NCBI RefSeq assembly: GCF_964204645.1 | Contig: NC_134032.1 | Location: 620,001-684,000, forward strand | From: Tubulanus polymorphus | Lineage: Eukaryota; Animalia; Nemertea | Reading direction: 5' to 3' | DNA length: 64,000 nucleotides | Part shown: piece after piece, positions 40,661 through 52,695 of the stretch | Layout: each line of letters begins with the position of its first letter | Position numbering within the stretch: position 1 is the stretch's first letter | Made by a program: the position numbers and the translations under genes | The notes under the pieces: model-generated | What the model was told of the DNA's origin: nothing | What the model saw: the letters and a program-made list of their open reading frames with translations, nothing else | Database searches by the model: none

Positions 40661-41276
40661 GATCGCTCGGAACTTTGAAACTATCTCTGAAACAATCAGA
40701 CAATCATCTAACAGAGTTTTATCGTCGTTTTAAACTGATATATCTCAATCTAATTATTCGCCTTTGATTATTATAAAGATTTTTCTTTTTCAATAAAATA
40801 AATTAACGGATTCTTTGCGGCTAAAATGATGCCTCTTCTATTTCTAACTGCAATGAAACTTGTAATCAGTTCATTTCTTTAGCTGTCGCTGAAAGGCGTG
40901 GATTTAGAGGAGTCGCGTGCTCCCACTTTTTGACCAATGTTCCTAAATCTTTTTCCCAAATCGAAAAGGAAGAGAAGTAACAAATTAGACGTTTCTAATT
41001 TCACAGCATTTTCCGAACGTTTTTCAAATGAATCGCTTAAAAGTTTCTATATTCCGGCTTCGTCTCCGGTTAAGGGGGATTTCTCACAAACGCGCTCCGC
41101 CTTATCAAAATACCTGGTTCCGTCCCTGGCCGGGTTAGCTTGATTATTGTTAGCTTGATTACGATGCTACAAAAATAGTACGGTCTGTGTCCCGACCCCG
41201 GGGCTCCCTCTTTATACATATATACAATAAGATTTCCGTTATGTAAATCTAACTAGCTCCCGTGTTCGATTTAAAT

Positions 41277-41286
41277 GTGACGTCAC
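41277..41286. promoter_or_regulatory. Perfect CRE palindrome (GTGACGTCAC) ~300 bp upstream of the orphan gene
   Basis: Exact TGACGTCA match; function is inferred. Confidence 0.4.
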
Positions 41287-41580
41287 GGTTTACTTCTGAG
41301 AGTACTTAATTACTGGGTTACACTCCGTTTGTTCACGACTCCGTTCAACTGTGTAGAGTACATATAATATGCTCATACTGGTTAGGACGTCAACCCGAAC
41401 TCAGCTTAATTACTCGCCACACTAATCCCCCTAAGACACTAATTAGCCCGAATTTAAGACTCAGCTCGTCCGGCGTGACACTCGTTATTTAAAGATTGGT
41501 CGCGGTGCGTGAAACATAAAAACACAAACCACGCAGATATATATAGAAACGTAAACAACAGCTCTCAATCTTACTACGAA

Positions 41581-43464
41581 ATGGCGACGTCAACATCGGT
41601 ATCAGCGTTATCTACCGCGGATGGATTGGGGCAGCGAAATGCGCCGGAAGCCTATCTGAAACACGGGGGTACGATAAAACGGATTCGGGCAGCTCACGAC
41701 AGTTTACGACGAGGATGCACGAGGGAATACGGCAGCGTGAAGTCAACGAAATCCGGCTCCGTCAAATCAAGGTATCCTGTCCCGTTTCAATTTCTTTTCC
41801 TTTTTTTATGATACTAAAAAAGATTTAGAAAATAACCTGTTGTATGCAAAAGAGTTTTAAAAACCAGGGTCTAGTTTTAAGGACTGCTTTAAACCTGAAC
41901 CGTTGAGCTATTTAGTTCATTTACAATCTGGTTAAACCCCGGGTTAAAGTTAATACCAGTCAATGAAACTAGTACCAAGAATTTAAATCATCACGACGTT
42001 GGTTTTTTTTTTGATTCGATGTATTGGTGGCTATGAAATAAAACTTGTTTATCTTATTACCTGATCTCCGCGACTATTCTACTTTTAGGTATATACTAAA
42101 CTTATAGGCTAAAGGGGAGTTCTAGTGTTAGGCTAAAAATAAATATAGCTGCAAAGCAGCGACAACGGTTTTCTGCCTTGCTGGTTTAAATGTCGCACTG
42201 GGAAGCGCACAAAATAATTCTTATCAGTTTATAACATGCGACTATTTTGAAGGAGCGCGACACATATTCGGGATATGTGGATCCACAGGGCTACCACGTC
42301 GGTCATCCTTATTACCGAAATCAATGAATTTTATTGCTAACCGAGTTTACGTATTTGAAGTCAAAATTCTTTTAAATAAGAAAATATGTAAAATATGACT
42401 CTAGAAGGTATTTATTACTGATATAACATGATTTCAAGTGTTAAAATCGATAAGGAATAAATAAATATGCTATATTTCATTTCATCTCGGTTCATCTCGG
42501 TAAAATACGTCATCTCGGTAATAAGGATGACCCTACCACGGAAAAACTACTGATGTACCTTGATTGGTGCTTTCATAGTTCCGTTGGAATTTGCATGAAC
42601 TAATCGTACCCGACGTTTCGATCTCATCCTAGAGATCATCGTGTCAGATCTCTAGGGTGAGATCGAGACGTCGTGTATTTTTCACTGATCAGTTTCAATG
42701 ACACATTTTTGATTCTCTAATTTTTTTCATCTTTCAGAAACGATATTTACACAAACTGCGAGACTCAAAACGTAGATGGAAGTAGAGTGGAGAAAGCAGC
42801 GTCCCCTAGCGACGAATCGGCGGTTTTAACTATGTTGCATAATTGGGTGGCATTTCGCACTCGTCTGAATAACGTTTTGATCAATCAGACTTTAGCGCCG
42901 AGACGGCGTCACAGACCGGCTCCGATTGAGACGATGCAGATTGACCCGGCCGTCAGTGAATTCGCCGTCCAGTACATCCGCAACTGTGACATCCATCGGC
43001 GCAGGTACGCTGCCGATATCGAGACCTTCCTGCAAATAGCGATACCCAGGGTGACGAAAACGACCAGTCCTAAGGCATCGCCTCGAAATAGAATCGACAC
43101 TCTGACACGTGACCCGAAAGCAGCCTACACTCTGACACGTGACCCGAAGGCAGCCGACAATCCAACACGTGACCCGAAACAAGTCGAATCTCCGACACGT
43201 GACCCTAATGTACCACGTGACACACCGACAACGATGTCTGCAGATGTCGACCTCGAGCATATCGATTATAGTCTGTTCGATAAGCCGACTTCAGGAATAT
43301 CTAGAACGGACTCGTCGCGGGATGATATGCAACTGGTTCGAGCCTCGGCCATCCGAATCGGGCCTCAACATTACACAGACACAACCCGCAGTCTTACAAC
43401 CGTTTCATCGAACAGTTCTAGAAAACACCAGTCTTTCATGTCTCTGTGGATTGTTGATATTTGA
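41581..43464 (+). CDS. Uncharacterised two-exon protein (~305 aa) with 10-aa TRDPK repeats
   Basis: Exon 41581-41771 (ATG in a good GAAATGG context, AG|GTATCC donor) joins in phase 2 to 42738-43464 (TTTCAG acceptor); 918 nt open; coding-like GC content. No domain recognised. Confidence 0.7.
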
Positions 43465-43654
43465 TTTAAGTGATTCTTAGCCCAACTTGGAGCTGGAGAA
43501 ATATCAGAATTTGACTGATATTTGCACAGTGTTTCCGAAACCTTTCTACAAAAGGAAGGCGGGTCGTTTTCACAAAAGGATTATTTTTAAATTGGCCATA
43601 TTGGGCCCTAGCTCGCTGGTAACCCTAACCCTAGCTCGGCCATAACCTTAACTT

Positions 43655-43723
43655 CAGCAGGACTCGAACCTGTGTCCGTTAGTCCGCAAGCCGAGCATGC
43701 TAACCACTAGACCATAGACCAGT
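43655..43723 (-). mobile_element. tRNA-like SINE head or tRNA pseudogene
   Basis: The minus strand reads TGGTCTAGTGG (A box) ... GGTTCGAGTCC (B box). No convincing full acceptor stem, so not called a tRNA. Confidence 0.55.
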
Positions 43724-44367
43724 AGTGATTGATAGGGTTTTAGCTGAATGTCTATTGAAATTTTCAAATGCGGGTGGTCCCAGGTTCGAATCTTGGGCTA
43801 CGTTCAAAATGATCTTCATAATATTGGAAAACATCTCTTTCAAATAAAGAAATCCCTAGATGAAACCTCCATAGTCTTAGGGCTTTGTTTATCTGGTTGG
43901 ATGGTGCTATTCCGGGCCTATTGAAACCTGTATAGAACTAACTGGTAAGCATTTGCCACAACCTGTTCAGATGTTTAACTGCAATATTTCAACGCTTTCA
44001 ATGAATTCTATAGCATTCAGGAATAACATGTGTAAAATATAAATGATTAAAACCTAATTCATATTTTGTGCAATATTAACATTTCATAAATTGTAGCAAA
44101 TTGAATATATTTTCTATTTAGTTCAGAGTGAATTGCATGAAATTTTTGAAACTATCTTCCTATTCGATGGTTACAATGATTGTGATTTCCATCTCTTCAC
44201 AACTGAATGGCAGGTATAACAAAGAATGAAATGGTGCCCCTGTGGATTTCGTTGAAATTATATTAGTTATCCCGATTAGCGAGGACACACGGTCAATTCT
44301 AATACGTGCTGAGAAGACCGACTCACTGACAGACAGTTAGTGGATTCTGCGTTCTCCTTCATAAATC

Positions 44368-45322
44368 ATGAATTCTTCTCAAATGCAGATTGGTCGACCT
44401 TATTCCAGTTACATCATCCTCATGTCTGTATCGAACAAGTCAGGAATCTACCGTACCGTGTCACTGGTAATTCTGCTAATCTTATTCCAGTTAGGAGCCT
44501 TCGGCAATTCGGCTACTTTCCTGATTATGATAAGTCGCAGATTCCGCAGTTTATCTTACGCTAACTATCTGCTTATTCTATCGGTCAGCGATTTTGTGGT
44601 CTACGTCAATCTAGTTCTGATGCCTGTTTTACAGTTTGTTCTCTTGCGCGTAAACTTCGGTCCGATATTCGTTATAAACTCCCTGATCGGTTGCCAAATC
44701 TACGAATTTGTAATGTTACTTTTCGGCTGCCAATAGTTCGTGGTTGATAGTAGCGATATCTCTAGAACGCGCGGCGGTTGTTCTCTTCCCGTTCACATCT
44801 CGTTTGGTTTGCACGCATAGATTCGCTAGATTCGCTATATTGATAATTACCGCAGTGAATGTCCTCGTCCTGTATCTCACGCCAGCTTTGTCGTTACATT
44901 TCTCCGACCAGTTTTTCGGATGTTACTACGAATTGTTGGACCAGTTAAAATATTTCTCCATCAGTACTATTTACATTAACACATTACCGTTAACCTTGAT
45001 TGTTTTAGCGAATTCTCTGATAATAATTCAGTTGTTCAGAGGCTCGAAAATGGTTTCGTCCGATCAGAAAACTACGAAATCAAAACGTACGACAATAATG
45101 CTCGTAACAGTTTCACTCGCATTTGCAATGTTTAAAAGTCCAACTATAATTACCGTATTTTTACCAATCTCGACAGAACAGAGACAGTTTCTGTTGGACC
45201 TTTTCACGCAGTTTCAATTGTGCAACTATTCAATAAACTTCTACATATATCTTTTACTGGGACGAGAAATTCGTGAATATTTCTGTATGAAAATCCGCTG
45301 TGGTAGAAATTCTGGCAAATAA
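44368..45322 (+). pseudogene. Intronless class-A (rhodopsin-like) GPCR with one frameshift (~317 aa if repaired)
   Basis: TM1 GAFGN, TM2 LSVSD, CQIYEF, then in the next frame SSWLIVAISLERA (DRY equivalent), TM5 LPLTLIVLAN, TM7 NYSINFYIY, helix 8 EIRE. Removing one T from 44720-44723 fuses ORFs 44368-44736 and 44744-45322. Confidence 0.85.
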
Positions 45323-47717
45323 TCCGCGATTCGATCGTACTTCATCAAGACCCAGTTCAATATTTGTGAGTCAAGATTTGACTAAGAGTTAAGTCATTGA
45401 AAATGAACTAATTTCAACTCAGAGTTAACTCTAACTCATAACTGTGGAACTGGACCTAGAGGCTTTCGGTAAATCGAATTTCGCTTTCGGTTGGTTTGTA
45501 CAGATCCAAAAGAATTTGGAAAAAAGGAATCAAAATTCTTTTGAAGAAAAATTATTGAATTTCAGAATTTAGACCCGAAACCGAATGGGGCACCGGCAAC
45601 GCTACTGTGGCAAGCGAAATTTCAATACAATCCGCCATGTGTCGCTAGTGTAACGACGTCTTCTTATTTAGTAATTAATGATTAGGTTAGAAGACTTATA
45701 TTGATTCCTAATGAATTCTACCTACATCAGAGCGAAATTAAATACAGCGAATTAATTAACACACGAGATCCTGATATTAGAGCTAATTTAACATTCCTAT
45801 AACTTAGTCATATTTTTCCGTAATCGATTAACTGTTCAATATCTAAAATATCGATAATATAAATTTCCGAGTAATAGTATTATTATAAAACCGACAAACT
45901 TTTTTAATTCTTTTTTATTTACCAAACTATATGAAGTACGCACATGTATTGAACTCCTTATACTGATCTAGTCAAGAGAATAAACGTTCATCTTGTCTTA
46001 TCTTATCTACGCTGGATTTCTTCTCAAAATCAAAAAGATTCAAACAGTATTTTTTTTTAGTTTAGATTTTTAGTAGAGTATGAAGTTCCAACAGCGAGTA
46101 ACAGTGTAATCCTATAGTGTGTCTTACGAATCGGCTGCAGGGCTTTCATAGGCATAAGCGCAAGTTCTTTAGATACGATTTCATAAATAATAGGTACACG
46201 GATATAGGTGGATGATAATGTAAGGTGAAATATGAATTATTCTTCACGTCTGATTGTGGCTTTTCTAAACCGCTTATCCATTCGTGCCCACCGCGCAGCT
46301 ATACGCGCTAACCGCCTGTGTCTGTTGACCGTTACGAAGATGACCAGCGGCCTATAGTAATCCTTTAGTCGTATTTCGGCTATTGGCGATGCAGCCAATC
46401 ATCGCTTACGAAATCTAAGAGGTCAGTGAAAAGATGGTGGGCGCCCATACAAGTCGTCATTATACTTGGAAATTCTATCGATGGAAGTCTATGCGCGCGT
46501 GCTTAGATATGACACGGAATTTTTAACGAATTTTCATGGGATACTACTCGGACCATTCGCGACCGAACTCATAAACTATTTGTGATAGATACAATTTGAC
46601 TCTCAACTTGGAAACGGAATTTGAAATGACTTCAAAATTGACTCTGAAATCGAAGGATTAAATTGACTCTTAATTCCTAGGATTATAATGCATTTCTGGA
46701 ATCTCTGGTCCATCGCGTCGCAAGGTTGCTGTAAGGTAGGTGGGATATTTATTAGCATTAGCGGCTGAAATTATGTTTTATAGGATTAGAATTAGGTGAT
46801 TTAGGTTAGGTTGCAAAAATGCATATTAGGTTCCTGGTTCCCGTGGAAGATACAACAGACTCGGCAAGCGATGGTCGAAAACAAGACTTGTCCAAATCGT
46901 TTAAGGTAGGACATACTTCAGCGTGGACTTGTCAACTAGAGTTGATACGTCCATGATTTCAGTGAGAAGAAAAAGACCCCCCGGGCCACAGATGATCGAA
47001 CCTGAAATTGACTGACGATGACAGAGTGGCCTGAAGAAAAATTCCGGTACGACCTGCTTGAAATATCTTCTTTTTAAATTGTTTCATAGAATAGAATTGA
47101 TGTTAGCGATACATATAGCTAGTTAGTTGACCCTCATTTCATTAAAACATAATTTCAGCCATTAATTCCTTCTTTGCCAATTGCAAATACTTAAGTTAGA
47201 TTATTTAAGAGTTTGTAATTTAAGTGTTACTTTGGTACGATTAAGGAGTTGAACTTATATAGCCTACAAGTGACCTTTACGTACAACTGCTTACAAATGG
47301 CGATTAGGGCTAGCGTTGGATGAGAGGCCCAACATGAAATGTAGGGTCTGGTCACCGAATAGTAACTAGGTTGTTTCTGGTAGATGGCGTTACAATGATT
47401 TGTAAACAGTTTTTGAATGGATTTCGCTGTTAGGCTCCGCTAGAGACCCTCAACCCCCTCACCTCACCAGGCGTGTACGTAATATATTGAGTTTGACCAT
47501 GAGCCATTATTTGAAGTTATGTCGCGCCATCTTATTTTTAAATCATCTCGGGCCGTTTTTGTTGTGTAGTCATGATCAGACCTATCCGTAAATGACTTGC
47601 TCACAGAAATGCCGAGCACCGAAACTCATCGTTTGTACCGTAAACTTTCGTTAATTGCAGACTACAGCGAATACCAGATTCCAGACAAGAGACACCGAAC
47701 GCGTCTTCGTTTTATAG

Positions 47718-47992
47718 ACTGAACTCGTTATATAATCAATGACTGCACTCGTTATTTAGACAATGACTGCACTCGTTATATAGACAATAACTGAACTCGT
47801 TATTTAGACAATGACTGCACTCGTTATTTAGACAATGACTGAACTCGTTATATAGACAATGACTGAACTCGTTATATAGACAATAACTGAACTCGTTATT
47901 TAGACAATGACTGCACTCGTTACATAGACAATAACTGAACTCGTTATTTAGACAATGACTGAACTCGTTATATAGACAATGACTGAACTCAC
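47718..47992. repeat. 24-bp minisatellite (GACTGAACTCGTTATATAGACAAT), ~11 copies
   Basis: Directly visible. Confidence 0.95.
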
Positions 47993-48419
47993 TTTATTTT
48001 CATGAGAAACACTACAACTATATATACATCTAGAATGGTTTAACAATATGCAAAAAACACTATCCTCGCTCGTGTAATATAATCCAAGCAACATAAACCA
48101 ACCGCAGTAATTAACAATTAAAAGTTGGGTTTTTTTTCACAAAACAATTTTCCATCCGATAAAAATCTATTTTGCCGTTCGTTATAATATGGCCACGACG
48201 TAAGCTATGTGACGATAGTAAATAACGACCTCAAATTAATCGACGAACTGTTCTTCTTGATATTGACGATGTTAGGAAACATAAGAGTGACACTATCGGG
48301 ATAGTTAAGCTACATTAACCGCCAGCCTGCCCCTGAGGGCTTTTGGATTGTCTGGACTTCCAACTTTCTCGACGAAGTTTTAAGGTCCATGGACCTCTTC
48401 TTGTACTTTGAAGTCATCA

Positions 48420-48710
48420 CGAGCCATTTCTTTTAAAGTCTCGCGCCATTTTATTTTGAAGTCATCTCGCGCCGATTTATTTTTGAAGTCTTCTCGATCC
48501 GTGCCATTTTGAAGTCATCTCGCGCCATTTAATTTTGCAGTCATCTCGCGCCATTTCATTTCGAGTCATCTCACGCCATTTTGTTTGGAAGTCATGTCGA
48601 GTTATTCTATTCAAATCATTTTGGGCCATTTTATCTTAAAAGTCTTTATTTCGTGAAGTTTTAATTTGAATTCATGTCAGGCCATTTTGTTTCGAAGTCG
48701 TTTTGCGCCG
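48420..48710. repeat. Degenerate CGCGCCATTTTATTTTGAAGTCATCT tandem repeat
   Basis: Same family as 400-548. Confidence 0.8.
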
Positions 48711-49223
48711 TATTATCACGAAGCCTTTCTATTTCAATGTAGATAAAACCAATACTAGATTTAAACTCGCTCGATTCGGGCGTTTTGATTTTTAATTTCA
48801 GGATGTTAATAATCAGTAATTGCTGGCTAGAACCGAACAACGCCGCTCTACCCAGAACTGGGAGACTTTGGACGCTGACGCCTTACTGCGAATCTCTGAA
48901 CTTCACAGTCTGACATCGCAGTTTATACTCGGTAAGTTTAATCGAAATAAATCGAATTAAATTTTTTTGAATTATAGTAATTGACCATCCGAAGATCAAA
49001 TGATAATTTTTGGTTGTATCTTATTCATCTTCAGCTCCAGCAAACGAGTCGCAGCACAGAGCGGGCCCCGGTGGGCGGGGGGGGGGGGGGTGCTGCATTC
49101 TGATATTCGGTTTCAAATCATGTCGCTTCGAAACAAAATAAATTATATTGATTTTGATTCGTGTTTCGTGTCTATATTCCTGGTTTCGACTTTGCTGCAG
49201 CGTTTTTGGACGCCGATGAAAAC

Positions 49224-49575
49224 TTAGGATTCGAACCCCTGCAAGCCCGCTTCTCCTGAACACTGAGGATGACTTAGGATTCGAACCCTTGCAAGCCAGC
49301 GTCTCCCGAACACTGAGGATGACTTAAGATTCGACGAAACCTTGCAAACCCATTTCTCATGGACCTCAGGGACAACGTAGGATTCGAACCCTTGCGAGCC
49401 CATTTCTCATGGACCCCAAAGAAAACGTAGGATTCAAACCCAGGCAAGTCCACTTCTCCTGAACTCTGAGGATAACTTAGGATTCGAACCCTTGCAAGCC
49501 AACTTCTCTTGGACACAAAAGACAACCTAGTATTCGAACCTAGTATTCGAACCGTTACGAGCAAATTTCTCATAG
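49224..49575 (-). repeat. ~50-bp tandem repeat, ~7 units, most with a Pol III B box (GGTTCGAATCC on the minus strand)
   Basis: Plus-strand unit TTAGGATTCGAACCCTTGCAAGCC...CTGAGGATGAC; related units at ~1105-1245. Confidence 0.85.
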
Positions 49576-49675
49576 ATACCGAGGAGTAGTAAGGGTATAT
49601 TGTATCTATGTACTATCTTCCCTGTAACACAGATCGTAGTCCCGTAAAGAAGATATAATAGATTCCGCTTCCGTC

Positions 49676-50056
49676 ATGTCTAAATCTGTTGATAAACCAT
49701 TCTACGAAGTTATGAAAAAATACATAGAACCGATCATCCACGTTATTATTTCAAATATTCTCGTTTTCGTATCAAACATAACTCTTATTATTGCGTTACA
49801 CGTCAAAAGTAAGCAACGTGAAACTCAGCGTCCAAAATCTCATTATCTCAAAATCTAACTAAAGCCAATAAAATTGTGCTTACAATCAGTTTAGTACTTA
49901 CTGTTCTAGAACTTCCAGGTTTTGTCGGAAAGTTTGGGAAATCGGGGCTATCTTACAAGATTGTGTTAAATCAAATCTACGAGGTTGCATCACTTTTGAA
50001 TTCATGCGTCAATTTCATACTATACACAATCGTAAACAAATAATTCAGAAAGAAAA
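49676..50056 (+). pseudogene. Degraded class-A GPCR relic (TM5-TM7)
   Basis: IEPIIHVIISNILVFVSNITLIIAL (TM5), frameshift near 49845, KANKIVLTISLVLTVLELP (TM6), LLNSCVNFILYTIVNK*FRKK (TM7 and helix 8, with an in-frame stop). Confidence 0.7.
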
Positions 50057-50321
50057 ACGTTTTTTCGTTTATTGAAAATCAGTTGAATTTGTCTGAAATT
50101 GTTCAGCTAGTGATTCCTGATTTACTTTGATGTGAAATTAACTAAATTAGTAAAAATAGACTGGCACATTTTTTCTACCTTATGGGACACTTTTTTCCTG
50201 GGACATTTCTACCTACATTCCAGTTTATCAGCAGCTACAGCGCGCTCCCTTGCCGAGATATATTCACATTTCATTCTATACACGCAGTTCACGAACCCTA
50301 GTACCGGTTTAGACTTCGGTT

Positions 50322-52695
50322 CTAAATGGGGGGAGTAAATAAAGTGTTTATATCATAAAATCCCAGTGATGCCTGATTATTGCTGTTATCCCAGTGATAG
50401 ATAACTACAGCGTTACTGCCACACACTTTATGTATCTCAAATGTTAAACTGTCTGTAGAGTTCAGTATTATACGCCCGGGGGGATTTATAAACCCGTGGT
50501 CATTATATCTTATACTGATAACAGCACCTCTGTTACCAGTATCAGAGTATACCGATATCAATACATGATCATCATTAATAACACACGGGTGTCCCCCCAA
50601 TGGAATTAGTCCAGAATCCTTTATATTAATGAAACTAATCAGTTCTGCTTCTGCTGTTAGATATATCAATCTATGAGTCATGTGACAGTAAATGAACATA
50701 CGTCCCCGTGTATCGACATCTAAAGAGTTGAATGAGTAACCTCCATCTGGGAGTTGATATTTCTTCATTCGATTTCTATCAATTATTTTACCTACAGGGT
50801 TTTCTCGTAAAGGTAAAACATGAACGTCACTATCTCCTGACTGTATATAGATAATGTGATCACGGATCACTAAGGATCCACAGCCTCCAGACATGAGATC
50901 AGTGATATTTTCTTCGAAGAGTTTTATCTCATTTTTATATTTTCTCAGGTAGAATTCACTGTTTTTCCACACGACCACAAACAGAAACCCGTTATTATCA
51001 GTATCGAGTCCTTGTATCGAACCATCAATCTCTATGTATCTCTGTATATTATCATCATTCACACTATATATATAATCAGTCGAGCACCACTCCGCACATA
51101 TAGCACGTGACTGTTCACCCTCGTGTTCACCGGGTATTGACGTCATCAGGTGGGGTCTGAAATCTGTATCTACCCGTTTATTGACCGTCAATGAATCGAT
51201 TATTCCTACACGTAGCCGCGTGACGTCATCGATACATCCCTCCAGTTTATCAATTCTCCCTATGACGTCCTCAGTAGATCGTTCCGCTCTTTCCATTCTC
51301 TCTATGACATCATCAACAGATCCCTCCACATTTCCAATTCTCTCTTTGACGTCATCAGTAGATCTTTCCACTTTATATTTTCTCCGTATGAAGTCATCAT
51401 TGATATTAGTCATTTTTGTCTCCAATGCTTTAAGTTGTTGTTCAGTACAGAACCGGTTCAGCCTTTCTTCAAGTTGTTGTTCAGTACAGCATTGGTTCAG
51501 CCTCTCTTCAAGTTGTTGTTCAGTACAGAACCGGTTCAGCCTCTCTTCAAGTTGTTGTTCAGTACAGAACCGGTTCAGCCTCTCTTCAACTGTTTCTATA
51601 TTGTGTTTCAATTGACAGAATTGATTTTCTAAATTATCGTGAAACTGTCTGACATGTTCTATAAAAGAACTATGTCGTTCATCAATGTCTGATCGAACTG
51701 TTCGGGTTTCACTGATTGGCACACCTACTGAATTTACTTTATACAAATTATGTGCAGATGTCTGGTTTGAAGCGATCACATGAAGCCCCGACACTAATGA
51801 ATGCGGGGCTTGTTGAAGATGTGTTTTTAAGTTTCGCGCTGTTTCATCGTCTGAGCATTTAACGATAAACACATGAATCGCTGGACAGTGATTAAACCCG
51901 ATATGATGATTCGGTATCTCTACACCAGGGGGCGCTTCTCTCCATTCTAGTTTCACCTGGAATTGAAAAATATAGTTATATTAAGGGTGAAACTTAAGGG
52001 GGGGTTGCTGATACAATTTCATCGAAACTTATTGCAGCTCGAGCGCTGTAGGCATGGACGGGGGAGGCGGAGGTCTAACCCCCAGAAAGTTTTTGGAATT
52101 TTGCTGCTTTTAAAAATGCAATCTCGGAACAGTAACGGAACCCGGTTGGCTTCATGGTGTAGTAAATAAGACATAAGATACGATCAGGGTGGAATTTTTC
52201 CGGGGGAGAGGGGTGCACCAACTGCACCTGCCACCTCCCCCCACCCTACGGGCCTGAAATTGTTTGAGACTAAAATTGTTGGATTCTTGATATTCGTATT
52301 CTGTGAGTCGGGGTCTGGGTTTGGTAACGTTATAGGCCTATTATCAACTCTAAATTTTTATTCAACATTCAAGTAAAGAAATCAGATATTTCTATCGGGG
52401 TCGGAACGATGTTTACCTCGTCAAACGGCATCATTTGTACATTTATAACTTGTTCCGTATAGATCGATTTCAGTTCACATATTATGTGGTTCTCTAATTC
52501 TTCTGTCCACATCTGTATCGGTAGTTGTAATTGATCACCAGCAGTAGCGATCAGATCACATTCTAAATCGAACAACGGTTGAAAGTAATAATTCTGTATT
52601 GTTCTGTAGTCGTTGTCGTGATCCGACCAAACACCGATCTTGCGACCACGATAAGAAACTGCGAGCTCGAATCTGTACGTGGAATTAGACGCCAT
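50322..52695 (-). CDS. Array gene copy 1: N-terminal domain + 13-aa repeat/coiled coil + NHL-like beta-propeller, 637 aa
   Basis: Exon 1 52695-52417 (93 aa, GAG|GTAAAC donor); exon 2 51956-50322 (TTCCAG|GTG acceptor, phase 0). The ORF-track start at 51956 is a spliced Val codon. Confidence 0.88.

Noticed and set aside
43618-43650. Telomeric (CCCTAA)n
   Set aside because: Only about two units; not significant.
43655-43723. Functional tRNA gene
   Set aside because: A and B boxes are present, but no convincing cloverleaf or acceptor stem; treated as a SINE head.
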